Shown: positions 39,534 to 52,694, counted from the stretch's first letter. The stretch is 64,000 nt of DNA from Octopus bimaculoides (GCF_001194135.2 NC_068992.1:1556561-1620560); one strand, 5' to 3'. Notes: generated by a model not told the origin, from the sequence alone. Numbers and translations are program-made.

Positions 39534-40613
39534 GTTATTGTTTTTGTTGTTGCTGTTTGTTGTTTGTTTTTGTTTTGTTGTTGTTGTTGCTGTAATTCGA
39601 TAAAAAAAGCAACAATGTAAATCCTTTGAAAGGCAATTGTCTGTAGAACTATTCATGCTTTACATTATTTTGCTCTCTAATGCATTTGGAACACTAACAT
39701 ATTACATGCATACACAAACACACAAACACACACGCTCACGCTCATATAAATGCAGAGAGAGACAGAGAGAGAATAAGAGAGATGGGTGGGGCATAAACGT
39801 ACACACATATGTGTGTTTGTATGCATAACTGCATATACGTATATATATATATATATAAACATGCATACATACAATACATATATGTGGACATATATGTATA
39901 AATATGTATNNNNNNNNNNNNNNNNNNNNNNNNNNNNNNNNNNNNNNNNNNNNNNNNNNNNNNNNNNNNNNNNNNNNNNNNNNNNNNNNNNNNNNNNNNN
40001 NNNNNNNNNNNNNNNNNNNNNNNNNNNNNNNNNNNNNNNNNNNNNNNNNNNNNNNNNNNNNNNNNNNNNNNNNNNNNNNNNNNNNNNNNNNNNNNNNNNN
40101 NNNNNNNNNNNNNNNNNNNNNNNNNNNNNNNNNNNNNNNNNNNNNNNNNNNNNNNNNNNNNNNNNNNNNNNNNNNNNNNNNNNNNNNNNNNNNNNNNNNN
40201 NNNNNNNNNNNNNNNNNNNNNNNNNNNNNNNNNNNNNNNNNNNNNNNNNNNNNNNNNNNNNNNNNNNNNNNNNNNNNNNNNNNNNNNNGTTATTGTTTTT
40301 GTTGTTGCTGTTTGTTGTTTGTTTTTGTTTTGTTGTTGTTGTTGCTGTAATTCGATAAAAAAAGCAACAATGTAAATCCTTTGAAAGGCAATTGTCTGTA
40401 GAACTATTCATGCTTTACATTATTTTGCTCTCTAATGCATTTGGAACACTAACATATTACATGCATACACAAACACACAAACACACACGCTCACGCTCAT
40501 ATAAATGCAGAGAGAGACAGAGAGAGAATAAGAGAGATGGGTGGGGCATAAACGTACACACATATGTGTGTTTGTATGCATAACTGCATATACGTATATA
40601 TATATATATATAA
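39534..40613. repeat. Duplicate of about 325 bp (39534-39858 and 40289-40613) around gap 39910-40288; probable assembly or haplotype artefact
   Basis: The copies are identical as read until a (TA)n tract and then diverge; the right copy starts exactly at the gap edge. Confidence 0.75.
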
Positions 40614-41310
40614 ATATATATATATATGTATGTATGTGTATATGTGTATATATGTACATAGTATATATATGAGTTTGTATGTGTGTGTATGTGTGATAGG
40701 AAACGGAGCATCAGATGTAAGTGTTTGCGCATGCTTATATATAGTCGAGTATCCACATGCAAAACTAAACAAAAAAGGGGAAAGTATTGGAAAATTTGGA
40801 TAATAGATATATAGGAGGGAAATGAAAGTTTAATTATAATGGCTGGTGGAGACAAAACAGAGGAGCAGCCAGAAGAAGCCTACAACTAATCAAAGAGATG
40901 AATGCAGTGTCGAGTTAAATAGAGCAAAATAGGTTGGGGGAAGTTGAGGTTAGTGACTGCTAAGGGTGGAATCATTGATTACTGCTGATTGAATGGAAGA
41001 ATGAATGAAAAAGCCACTTATTATATGCTATGATATAAGGAAGTTTTACTAGAAAAACACTTAAAACCAATAATCAGTCAAAACACTGGCAGGCTTTATA
41101 TATATGTGTGTACATATATAAATGTGTATATATATTACATAGCTATATAACAATACATATATATATATTATTATATATACACGAATATATTTGAATGCAT
41201 CAGCATTTTTAGTACATATATATGTACCTCTATGCATTATGTACATATGTACATATACAATATACACACGTATATATACATACATACCTGTGGTATATAT
41301 ATATATACAT

Positions 41311-41504
41311 AGGTGCAGGAGAGTCTGTGTGGTAAGTTGCTTTCTTACCAACCGCATGGTTTCGGGTTCAGTCCCTCTGTGTGGCACCTTGGGCAGGTGT
41401 CTTCTACTGTATCCTCGAGCCAACCAAAGTGAGTGGTTTTGGTAGACGGAAACTGAAAGAAGACCGTCGTATTTATATATGTGCGTGCACGCGCGCGCGC
41501 GCGC

Positions 41505-41535
<31 letters not shown>

Positions 41536-41652
41536 TGCGTGTGTGTGTTTGTGTTGTACCCCCAACATCATCACTTGATAACCAATCCTGGTGTGTTTAC
41601 GTTCATGTAACATAGTGGTTCAGAAAACAAGACGCCGATAGAATAAGTACTT
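41311..41652 (+). mobile_element. SINE family A copy with an internal (GC)n(GT)n tract and truncated 3' end
   Basis: Colinear with 6304-6600: head, central domain, internal microsatellite, then CCCCAACATC...GATAGAATAAGTACT. Confidence 0.85.
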
Positions 41653-41687
41653 GGCAGACTGGTAGCTAGATAGATAGAGAAATAAAT

Positions 41688-41850
41688 AGGCGTGAGATTG
41701 GTTGTGTGGAAAGCAGCTTGCTTACCAACCACATGGTTCCGGGTCCAGTCTCACTACGTGGCAGCTTGGGCAAGTGTCTTCTACTATAGCCTCGGGCCGA
41801 CCAAAGCCTTGTGAGTGCAATTGGTAGACAGAAACTGAAAGAATCTCGTC

Positions 41851-41852
<2 letters not shown>
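41688..41852 (+). mobile_element. SINE family A 5' half ending in (TA)n
   Basis: High similarity to 6304-6470, e.g. AGTGTCTTCTACTATAGCCTCGGGCCGACCAAAGCCTTGTGAGTGCA. Confidence 0.88.
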
Positions 41853-41910
<58 letters not shown>

Positions 41911-44900
41911 ATATAGTAATAATTTTAGGGAATAAAAACTTATTCCAACCTTACAGGCAAAAATCGGTATAATATCACACCGGGTTTCGTAATATATAAC
42001 ATATAGGGAAAACGTAGATGGGATAATGTGTGCATCTTTATGTAAATGTGTTTGCATATGTGACGAATGGTGTCGAAATATATGTGTAGGGTGATGAGGA
42101 GAGGTGAAAGCGTGTGTAAAACAAACGGCGTTTTATGTGTGTCTGCACATGTGCGTAAACAAATCATATAATTTATGGCAGAAAACAGTGATGTGGACAG
42201 CTGGGTGAAGCAAAAAATTAAACATTGAGATACGTGTTAAATAATTAGCAAGGGAACAACAAATTAGGTATGGTAAAACTCTAAGATAAGAGAAAATATT
42301 TAAGATGCGAGTAAAATCTAAAATGTCACAAAGAGAACAAAATTAAAGCAAAAGTCTAAGATGATGGCAGAAACGTGAGAAGAAAATCAAATTCCAAACC
42401 TAAAGTGCAACATCAAAGAGTCAAAGAAGGTGAGAAATGAAACGGCAAGAACGAAATTCATACAGGCTCACGGGAAATATACAGGAGTTGGTCGAAAAAA
42501 GTCCTCTTTGTTTAGAGGGCAACTACTTCTAATGGTGGAAATTATTCTAAAATATGTATTTGTGGTTGTTTGGGTGATCGGCGGCTATAGTGTAGGCAGT
42601 GATAAAACAGTCAAGTGATGAGAGCACATTTAACGAAGAAACTGACGCAGATTCAAAGGTGTGAAGCAAGACGTGATTGGTGTGTTTAGAGTGTTATGTG
42701 TCAGTATATGCACGTACAAAATTAAATTCCTGTGTCAACGTAACAAAAAGGAGACGTGTGGGTGAGTACGTATGAGTGGGAGATGAGAAAAAGAGTAGGA
42801 AGGAGATGTGTTATGTGTGAGCTGATGATGTGTAGATGTATTGAAGGCGTCATTAAGAGACTTGTGATAGTATCTCTCTACGGTGCAGATAGTGTAGATA
42901 TTAGTAATGTAGTTTTGCATGGATCTGGGTGCAAGACGTCCTGCAGGCTACCGGACACTGTAGGGCGATGAGAGATGCGTATCATTCTGGAGCAGGTAGT
43001 AGGAGTGGAACGGAAGCTAGTCAAACGGAGGCTAAACTTGGAAGAGAGAGGGACGTTTTCAAGAAAATTTCTTATTCTTGTTCCATTAGGAGTACAGAAA
43101 TAAAACGTAGGACTGTCTGCCTGTATGTTCCGATGAAACAGCAAGTGAGAGGTGAAATGTTACCAAGTTGCGTATCTTTTAGGTGTCTCAGTAAAATCTT
43201 GAAAAATCGGCGGCTAACGTAACTGATTTAAATCGAATTGCAAAGAGAACACTGGTGATTTTATTATATAAGTTTTCCTTTCACCAACAATTAATAGAAT
43301 TTTACTAGTTCCAGTCACTGTACTGCGGTAATAATCGGCCACGGTCTGAAAGTTTTTAATCGAAAAATCGGCCTCAATACTTGTATAATTTTGTAAAATT
43401 TTGAACTTGTGTGTCAGTCTGTTTTGCCAAACATATAGTTATATATGTAAGTATGCATCCATTTTCGACATGTGAAACCGTTAATCTCGACATATTTTTC
43501 CTCTCTCCGTTCCTCTCTCTCACTTTCCGTTACTCTCTCTCGCTGCTTTTCTCTCTCCCTCTCCCTTTCTCTCCCTTTCTTTTCCATTTTTCTTGGCTGC
43601 CAAACTGATACAGCTGCTAGTTCTCTCGTCTGTCTCTGTCTTTTGTACCTTTGCACCACACACACATACGCACACATACGTCCATGTGTGTGTGTGGGGG
43701 GGGGAGGGTGTAAACGACAAGCTTCCACAGAATTTATGTCTACCAAATTCACTCACGAAACATTGAACTTTTGACCGGGAATTAGGATTGATCACGAAAC
43801 CACGTGGATACCAAACGAACTTCTCAACCTCAGAGCTATACCTGCACCTATTACAAAGATTTCTTCAAAAAGATCTCTCGTGACATCTTCATGAGCGGAA
43901 ACGAGAATGAGACACAACTGGCAGAATATTCTCGATTAAAGAGAAGTCTGTGTTATTCAGAAAACTGTAAAAGAACATGAAAAGTGAAAATATCTAAGTT
44001 TTTTTTTCATATAATGATTATCATTATTCGTTCTAAATCTATAAATGTTAATAATTTTTGAACGTTTTCAAAACGTGTTGCGCAGAAAAAATAATTTCAT
44101 TACTGTTGCGAGATATTAATTCCATAATCACACACACACACACATGTGCGCACATGCACACACACGCACGCACACACACACACACACACACACACGCATA
44201 AATATGTCTATGAATGTATTTAAGCGTGTATGCATGTATATATTTGTATATGTGAGTGTGTGTGTGTGTGAGTGTAGGTGTTTCCGTGTATGCATTTGTA
44301 AATATAAGACTTAACGTGTGTAAAACCATATGCATGAAAATATTTCCATATAACAGGGAAAAAATATAAAAGTTAAAGTGAGACAGAGACACAAAGGATG
44401 TCAGTTGAGGAATATACAGAAAAGAAAAACGCCATGCATTTTGACTAATCATGCTTGTTTCAACATTCAGAGAACTATACAAACGAAAATATATTTGATC
44501 GAATATTGTTGTTTGTAGTTTCCCTTTAGAAAGTTAATGAATAATTCTATGGCTACAGTGAATAGTGTGACGCATTCATTGCTAATCAATAATAGTGACT
44601 AGATGTTAGACTTTATTAAAAGCCGCATGAAATGCGATCGAAACCAGTCAACACCCACCAGCACATATAATAGAAACAGCAATAATATTTCCAGTAATTG
44701 ATCAATTTGGCTAACAGTAATTATTATTTTTGATATGTTTTTACCCAACCTCATATTCATGGCGTTATTGAAATGAATAGCCAACCTGTAGGACGAGCTT
44801 TATCACCGATGAACAAATTCTAAATTATATATAGTAACATGGAATCAATGAGAGTTATGGAGGCTACCAACCCAGACACATGTATAAATACACACATACG

Positions 44901-45153
44901 TAAATGGACACGCACGAACAAGTTCTGGTTTAACGGGAAAGATGAGTAATACTCAATACTACATATTTCAGGGTATAGATATTTGTAGGAAGCTGGTAAT
45001 TTACCCCATCATCTCTACGGAGATGATGGAGTAATATGCGATGACAGTAATACAAGATGAGAAATTTATATTGTTCTATGAAAGTGAGAGGAACTCAGCA
45101 TTGCGACAGTGTAAATTTGAAACACCAGATTCTTCTGCTGCCGTTGCTGCTCG

Positions 45154-45154
<1 letters not shown>

Positions 45155-45244
<90 letters not shown>

Positions 45245-45249
45245 ACTAT
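45155..45249. repeat. (TAC)n(TGC)n compound microsatellite
   Basis: Directly visible. Confidence 0.95.
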
Positions 45250-46030
45250 AAACTTCTCCGGACCATGGTAATGAAGAGAGTTGTTCCAAGAATGTATTCA
45301 TTCAAACAGGACCGCTCTCTGTGCAACTGCATGCAGGGAAAGCGCAACGAGTGGGAAGTTTCTTCTCTATACGGAGATTGATGTCAGTGCAGTACAATGA
45401 TATAAATAAATAGCTGCTTAACTACTCTTGAATCAACTTGCAATGTGTTCAAAGAATGGCAGTTGTGTCTCTTCAGAAATGAGAATGTATGACTGGATAA
45501 ACATTGTTAAAAGGCCTGCTTAACAGGGATGCAAAGAACCACTTCAGTTTCCTTCTACTGCAGACCGCAAATGTTTCATGAAGAAATAATGCATAGACAA
45601 TTGTCCATTCTGGATTTAATTAAATGTCATGTAGGGTTACAATAATACATTTACGCTGACCAACTACATCCTTAATTGCGTGGAAACAGGTTTCAAGATT
45701 TAAGTAGATATCCGCATACAGCGCATGATTTTATGCATGCGCTATCACTCATCACATACATATCTGCTTTTGAAAATACGTTCATTTATTTATTTTCTTT
45801 TTTTAATATCTAGAAAACACTTTCTTTCAGCTGAACATTTAGGTCCCCGTCAAATCCTCTGTGTGGAAAATAGGGAGTATGTGAATCAAAACATATCATT
45901 TTCAGTAACCTTCAAACAATGTTTCTTAACAACTGATGCTTGGATGTTTGTATCAAGTTAACCCTTAAGCTATATTTCTGGCATATTCACAACAACGATG
46001 AATGTTTCATAGCTGAATATTGAAATATAT

Positions 46031-46220
46031 CGATTTCAAATTTTAGCACAAGGCCGGAAGTTTGGAAGCAGGGGCTAATCGATTATATTGATCCCTAGTG
46101 TTCAATTGGTGAAAGGCAGATTCGACCCCGGCGGTATTTGAACTCAGAACATGCTGACGGACGAAATGCTACTAAGCATTTTATCTGGCGTGCAAACGAT
46201 TCTTTTTGCTCGCCGCCTTA
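46031..46220 (-). mobile_element. SINE family B copy with a 16-bp target-site duplication
   Basis: Reverse complement begins TAAGGCGGCGAGC. The direct repeat GAATATTGAAATATAT lies at 46015-46030 and 46221-46236. Confidence 0.85.
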
Positions 46221-46970
46221 GAATATTGAAATATATTAGTAGAAAATTTGAGTTAGTTTTCTATTTCTCAAATGCGTTTTTGTGGATTCGTAAATCAAGT
46301 CTATAGCTATCTAATAACATATTACTCTAATAGTACTAATAATGAGTGATGGATATTCATCCTCTGAAATTGGACTAACCAGCAAACCTAAAATTGGACT
46401 AAAGAATCTATAAGTCACAAAACTCTAAGTAAAGGAACTTCTCCCGTCCCGCTATGGAAAAGAAATAAATAAATACACAATTTACTATTTAGCTGCAGCA
46501 CCAAATTCGGAACAAAGAAGCGATATGGTACATTGAATTGATCGAGCATTTTCCAGGCAGAAATTTGACGTAAGGGAAATGAAATGCTTCAATTATTTAA
46601 CTTCTTTCTCCTCATAGTAGGCGCTACGAAGTCAATGTACGTAATAATAGGCATGATAAAAGACAGTGGTTCATGTACATTAGGTTTATTGTATAAAATA
46701 TAGATGATGGTCTGCAAAAAGCCTGTAAGGGACACTGTGAACTACACGGTTTATATTGATTTATCTATCACCTGCACTAATGGACCAATCCTTGGCTATT
46801 GATTCACTGTCACAGGCAAAAACTTTCTTTGGTGGTAGATTAGTTATATTCATCCTCATCCATCAGGCATCTTATTGAATACAGCTATAAATTATTAATA
46901 TTGATTATATGTCCATTTGTACAAATATACACACATATGCATACACACATAGACATGAACACCCAATACC

Positions 46971-47043
<73 letters not shown>

Positions 47044-47570
47044 CCTCTCTCTCTCTCTCTCTCTCTCTCTTTATTTCTCTCTCTCTCTCTCTCTCTNNNN
47101 NNNNNNNNNNNNNNNNNNNNNNNNNNNNNNNNNNNNNNNNNNNNNNNNNNNNNNNNNNNNNNNNNNNNNNNNNNNNNNNNNNNNNNNNNNNNNNNNNNNN
47201 NNNNNNNNNNNNNNNNNNNNNNNNNNNNNNNNNNNNNNNNNNNNNNNNNNNNNNNNNNNNNNNNNNNNNNNNNNNNNNNNNNNNNNNNNNNNNNNNNNNN
47301 NNNNNNNNNNNNATATATATATATATATAACCGTTATGCGCAACAGAAGCAGTTAAGATAGCCACCATGTATGTATTATATTTAATCTAGAAATATCGCT
47401 ACATGTATTGTGTTTTTGAACAGAGCATGTCCATAACCCATTTTAACATCGGGGGAAAAACAGCAGTAAATTTATCTTTTGCAACGTATTTTTTGCTGAG
47501 TAAACATGATACATAGGTTGACTTTCTCATCTAATATTTCTTCTCTTCCATATTACGAACTTTCTTTCAG

Positions 47571-47620
47571 GTAACAGTCATTTGGTAGTTCAACTGCTTT
47601 GTCCATCCCTGATCTCATAT
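47571..47620 (+). other. Candidate 50-nt internal exon of an unidentified host transcript
   Basis: Upstream are CTAAT (branch-like), a long pyrimidine tract and TTTCTTTCAG; downstream is GTAAGT. Only one frame is open (x-NSHLVVQLLCPSLISY). No recognisable homology. Confidence 0.35.
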
Positions 47621-47813
47621 GTAAGTAACGAAAGAGTTTTCTAAACATGCGGTTGCCAGTGGACACAAATTGTTGGCGAAGCCCCAAAATGGTTCAGTAT
47701 CCATCTACCATTCACACCATAAATACTGGACGATTTTCAGCGGCTAATGATATATTTATATATAACGGCACTGCATCATCATGGCCGCAGCTCTGAGCTA
47801 AATCTACAGAAAA

Positions 47814-47864
<51 letters not shown>

Positions 47865-48194
47865 GTGACACAGCATGTCCAATGGAGGTATTATCTCAGC
47901 ACAAATACAACAATTAACTTAGCTTACCATGGTGTATCTGCAATAATTTTGAAACAAAAATCAGCACGACATTTTCATCGTATAATGTGTCTGTCTTGCA
48001 TAGGGGATTTTGATTATGTGTGTGTATGTGTGTGCTTATGTGTTTATGTGTTTACGTGTTTATATATTTAAGTGTGAATGGACAAACGAAAGAAGGGCAC
48101 TCAAGCACTTTTATTGGGAGTTACATGTATTGATCAAAACAGTTTGACTTAAAATCGTTTGTGCACCAAGAGTTTCAAGCGTGGGTTAATCTTC

Positions 48195-48690
48195 AGCCAT
48201 TTTGAATATGAGTACAAGAAGTTGACTTATCTGATGATACGTTGCGGTAGAGTTGTGTGACTTCTTCGAGAATGTATTCTAGGTTATCAGACAAAGAGTA
48301 TTGCTCAAGGAGCTGCCTTCCAAGCCTTATGAAGTTATCAGTCTCATGTATGCAAACTTGGTCAGGGGATGCACTCCAACACTTGGTGTTGCCCAAGGCA
48401 TATGATGCGACATTCAAAGGAGGGATGTTAAACATCTGCCGCCTTGTTTTCGTTGTAGGTAAAGGTGGTCTACGTCACTGTTTATGTGAAAATTATGTCT
48501 GATTTATAATGTTCCCCCTTTTCACAACCATATAGCAACATTTCCCCTGATGAAACACCAAACCTATATCCTCTGAGAATGATGTATGTAGGTCAAGGCT
48601 CTTTTTCATCTCATGCTTATTCTCTGCATAAGTTTTTAAGTCATCCAAAGAGAAAGAGTGTATGTATGGATGTATCATTTATCTATTTAT
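48195..48690 (-). mobile_element. Decayed R4/Dong-type RT C-terminal fragment
   Basis: HSFSLDDLKTYAENKHEMKKSLDLHTSFSEDIGLVFHQGKCCYMVVKRG matches HL.YMDDLKLYA...FS.DIG..FG..KC.....RG. Confidence 0.7.
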
Positions 48691-49164
48691 ATAAACTCTC
48701 CTGATACTACCGATACTATAAAACTCCTAAAGTATAACTAGCAACAAGAGCATTTCTACTACTGGATGACAGCCATTAATTTACGATGAGATTTGCACAG
48801 CGTCCTACAAGCTTTCCCCCGAATCTTATTTAGCTAATATATATACATGTGCAATAACACAACCTATTTCTCTCCGTTTCTCCCCTCCACCTTCAATATA
48901 TTTAATATTCAGAATGCACTGTAGGTTAATCAACAGCTGCATATAGGAACAACCCAACGATTTTCGAAGCAGCCAAAAATATCGATCATCTCATCGTTAT
49001 TGGACAATATTGATTCTTTCGAAAGGAATATCGGCTTCTTTATATCCATACTGTAGTACATTATTTTACCTTCAGTTATTCACAAAAAATTGACATACGG
49101 TTCTTGCTATATAAATGCTGTCTCGTTTAGTGCTTTCCGAATGTATGTATTACACTCACATATA

Positions 49165-49245
49165 CGCTGTCGGCCTAGAGCTGACCAAAACCCACGGGAG
49201 TGCATTTGATAGACGGAGGCCGAAAGAAACCAGTCATACAGTCAT
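49165..49245 (+). mobile_element. Central-domain fragment of SINE family A
   Basis: GGCCTAGAGCTGACCAAAACCCACGGGAGTGCATTTGATAGACGGAGGCCGAAAGAAACC resembles 6400-6462. Confidence 0.55.
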
Positions 49246-49335
49246 ATATATATAGTAACAGTTTTTGTAATGTCTCTGTAGCTTTATTAAGTAGTATTTT
49301 TTCCACCTTGTTTCACATCTCTGTGCTTACTCTGG

Positions 49336-49396
<61 letters not shown>

Positions 49397-49503
49397 CATG
49401 TATATATATATGGAGGGAGAATCGCAAAAAAAAACAAAAGGCGAAGACAGTGGTGTAAACAACAAACAGATGTATTAGTTTAACGCTCGGGAAGTGAAAA
49501 CGT

Positions 49504-49539
49504 CTTTAACATTTCGAACCAACGCTCTTCGACAGAAAG
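49504..49539 (-). ncRNA. Minimal type I hammerhead ribozyme-like motif with variant core CUGUCGA
   Basis: Minus strand reads CTTT-CTGTCGA-A-GAGC gttg GTTC-GAAA-TG-TT-AAAG. Stem I has 4 bp, stem II has 4 bp (one G-U), stem III is loop-less A(T)GT, and the triplet is GUU. Confidence 0.55.
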
Positions 49540-49955
49540 GAACACGGAGAGAAGCAAGGAGAGAAAATAAAGAATTTGTAGCGCTAGCGATATATCATGG
49601 TTAATGCCAGACAGAAGGGTCACAGAGAAGAGCTAGGAAGAAGGGGAGATAATGAAGTAGTGGTAATCACAAAACGAAGGTGCGCGTGCGTGTATATAAG
49701 AGAGTAGGTATATACGTGTGGAAGAGGGGGCTGGTGACCTTGACGTGTGTGTGTGTGTGTGTGTGTGCGTGTGTGTGTGCCTCTCTGTGTATGTGTATAC
49801 ATCTCGTAAATTTTATCGTAGTTCAGGACGTATATATAAACATCGAAATAAACACGTATCACCATCTTCAGTGTTCTGAAATTAAGTTGCGTAAAGATCT
49901 TTTATATATTTGTGCTGGTGCAACAAAATATGCAAAAGAAATGCTCACACATGCG

Positions 49956-50020
<65 letters not shown>

Positions 50021-50105
50021 GTATGTGTGTGTGTGTGTGTTTGTGTATGTGTATTTACAATTATATACATTCACATATCTATACATGCACACACAAAAGC
50101 ACACC

Positions 50106-50141
<36 letters not shown>

Positions 50142-50350
50142 CACCTTTGTATATGCACATGTGCGTGAATATTAATTTTGCATCTTCTATATCTATTTTC
50201 ATTATTATTTGGGTTTATCGCTCTAAAAGTATTTTAGATTAAAATGTAATGAGATTTTCTTTCAGATAATAATCTAAAAATTCCCCCATTTCATCAGCAG
50301 TTCGATTTTGTTTTATAGGCGATTTGAACTTTTTTTCTTTTGCTTTACAG

Positions 50351-50452
50351 ATTTTTCATCCTCAAAACAAATTAAGCGTTCGTTCAACCGGAGATGAACC
50401 GTACAGAATATTGCGAAATTTACTTAATGAACCTGAAATATGTGTTCAATGA
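50351..50452 (+). other. Candidate terminal exon
   Basis: Strong acceptor TTTTTTTCTTTTGCTTTACAG; the phase-0 frame reads IFHPQNKLSVRSTGDEPYRILRNLLNEPEICVQ*. No clear donor and no recognisable homology. Confidence 0.2.
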
Positions 50453-51029
50453 TCCCTAGATTTCTGCTAAATGAACCTAAGAGAATTGTTCAATTAGAGA
50501 ATCGATAATGAGTTTCGTGATAGAAAAAAAAAATCAATATCCTTTCCTGTGCTCTGATGGATTTTAAGAAAGTATTATGTTATATAAAAGGTGTTCGTAT
50601 TGGCACTGCAAACCGACTAACCTAATTTTTGTACTTTTTTCCTCTTAAGTATTGACATGTTGCTTCCCCATTGTGCACTCAACTTTTGGTAAATCTTATC
50701 ATCAGATATTTATGGATTTATGGCCGAGTCAATACCTGCCTTATCCCCCGCAGAGAGATCGAAGATTCATAAGTGGCGATCGACAAATTATAATATCATT
50801 TAGCTACTTAACCTTCCCTGATTCGGTTCAGTCACGTTGGAGTTAAATGAGTGCAATATGGTTATGAAGTTAGGCATTAAATAATTAAGCAGAATTGCGT
50901 TAAATTGAAATGTTATGTTTAGCTTCTGATAGTGATTGATAAATGTAGAAATTCGCCTTTGTTGTCGTGTTGTTATGGAATTTCAACCATGTTCCGTGGT
51001 CTGCTACCACAAAAGCTCCTTTATAGGAT

Positions 51030-51142
51030 CCAGTTAGCTGAAGACATCATCAGGAGGAACCACGTCCGGTTTCGGCCCCTACTCCTCTACCGTTTTGACG
51101 TGGCGGGGCCACCCCCTTTCGGAGGTGTCTTCAGCTCTGGTG
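51030..51142 (-). ncRNA. GC-rich multi-stem element with a hammerhead-like core order and an inserted GAAA-tetraloop hairpin
   Basis: Minus strand reads CACCAGAG-CTGAAGA-[CACCTCC GAAA GGGGGTG]-GGCCCC...GGGGCC-GAAA-CC ggacgt GG-TTC-CTCCTGATG (the hairpin's last G doubles as the first G of GGCCCC). There is also an 11-bp inverted repeat at 51036-51046/51126-51136 and a 7-bp one at 51060-51066/51097-51103. Confidence 0.4.
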
Positions 51143-52662
51143 TTGGGTGCATGTCTTCTTTCACTGTTTGTGACTGTTCTAATTCAACTGTGGAATGTCC
51201 CTCGCTATGGTTATTTTCCAGGAGGTTCTGGCCACACGTCTTACGGTTCATCAACCCGCGTTGTTGAATTACTTTCTTCCGACATACCTTCCCTAGTTAA
51301 TCTAGGGTTTCAATATATAACTTACTTCTCAGAGACATAATAAAGTTATGATATTCTATAGAGTTTGGCAGAAAGTGTGAAATGTCATATGACTAGATCA
51401 TTCCTGAGAAATATTATGGAAAACCTAATTAGTAAAATTTAGACGTCGAATTTACAGTAGAATTAACATCGAAGTGAACAGTAAATGCATATTTACATTT
51501 GTACAGAGACTGCTATATTTAAAAAGTATAAATGTCAGAAAACTAAATAAGAGAATATATTTTGCTTTTGATAACATAGATGTCATCTTGTCTGCTAACA
51601 AAGATCAAGTTTCACACACTAAAAATACTAATTAAATTTTCTGAGTAAGTAATTAGTTAAAATGATCGCCCATTGCCTTTCACATTTGCTAACATTTACA
51701 GTTAAAATTTATTTTCTCTCTCGTTGAAGATTTAGAAGCACAGCATTCGCACAATACCAATTAACATGGTTATACTCTTTACATATGCAATAGCTACTGT
51801 GTTTGAAATGTAAGGTATTTGTTCATTGGTTATATGTAGCAGGGGGAGGGGGGTCGGAAATGCATTTTCTTGAAGTGTCAAATGTATAAATTGTTCAATC
51901 ATATAAAATAGGATTCGACAGATATAAAGATGTTATTTTCGTTTTTCAATTCTGTCTAATCAAGGGAAGCTTACGTCATATACACGGCTAAATGTCTAAT
52001 CAAAATTGAAATCATTGAAAACAGGAACGATGCATGTGCTTCGATTGAAATTAACACAACCATCCATGTGGTGATTAAAAGATGTAGAGAAAGCTGTTTA
52101 GCATATCGCTATACGTGTGTGTGTGTGTGTGTGTGTGTGCGTGTGTGTGTGTGTGTGTGCATGTGTGTGTATGTGTTTGTGTGTGTGCGTGCGCGCGCGC
52201 GTGTTTGTGTGTGTGTCTGTGCGTGTGTAGAATATAAGGGTTTTAGATCACTCGTGATGTAGAACGAATAGGTACGCTGACAAAGTGCAATAATTGGTCA
52301 TCGGTTAGGTTCGAAGGTCACAGCTCAGGCTGGATCTAGGGATCCGTATTAGGCTTCTGTGTTAGCAGGTACATTTTAAAATGCATGTATAATATAATAA
52401 TAATAATATATATATATATATCTANNNNNNNNNNATATGTTTGTATACATATGGATATATATATATATATATATATATACATACATACATACATATATAT
52501 ATATATATACATATATATGCACATATATATATATACATACACACACATATTCACAGACAAGTAATCTGCCCAAGTTCCTTCGAGACTAGTGTTTCATAAT
52601 TTCCGAAGTGAACATCTTAAAAAATCCTTCATATTCTGTCTAGCTACTGATACTATTGTTTT

Positions 52663-52694
52663 TACTACTACTACTACTCCTACTACTCCTACTT

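Noticed and set aside
51060-51110. HDV-like ribozyme interpretation of the crossed 7-bp and 6-bp helices
   Set aside because: No P3/L3, P1.1, P4 or catalytic C junction in either orientation.
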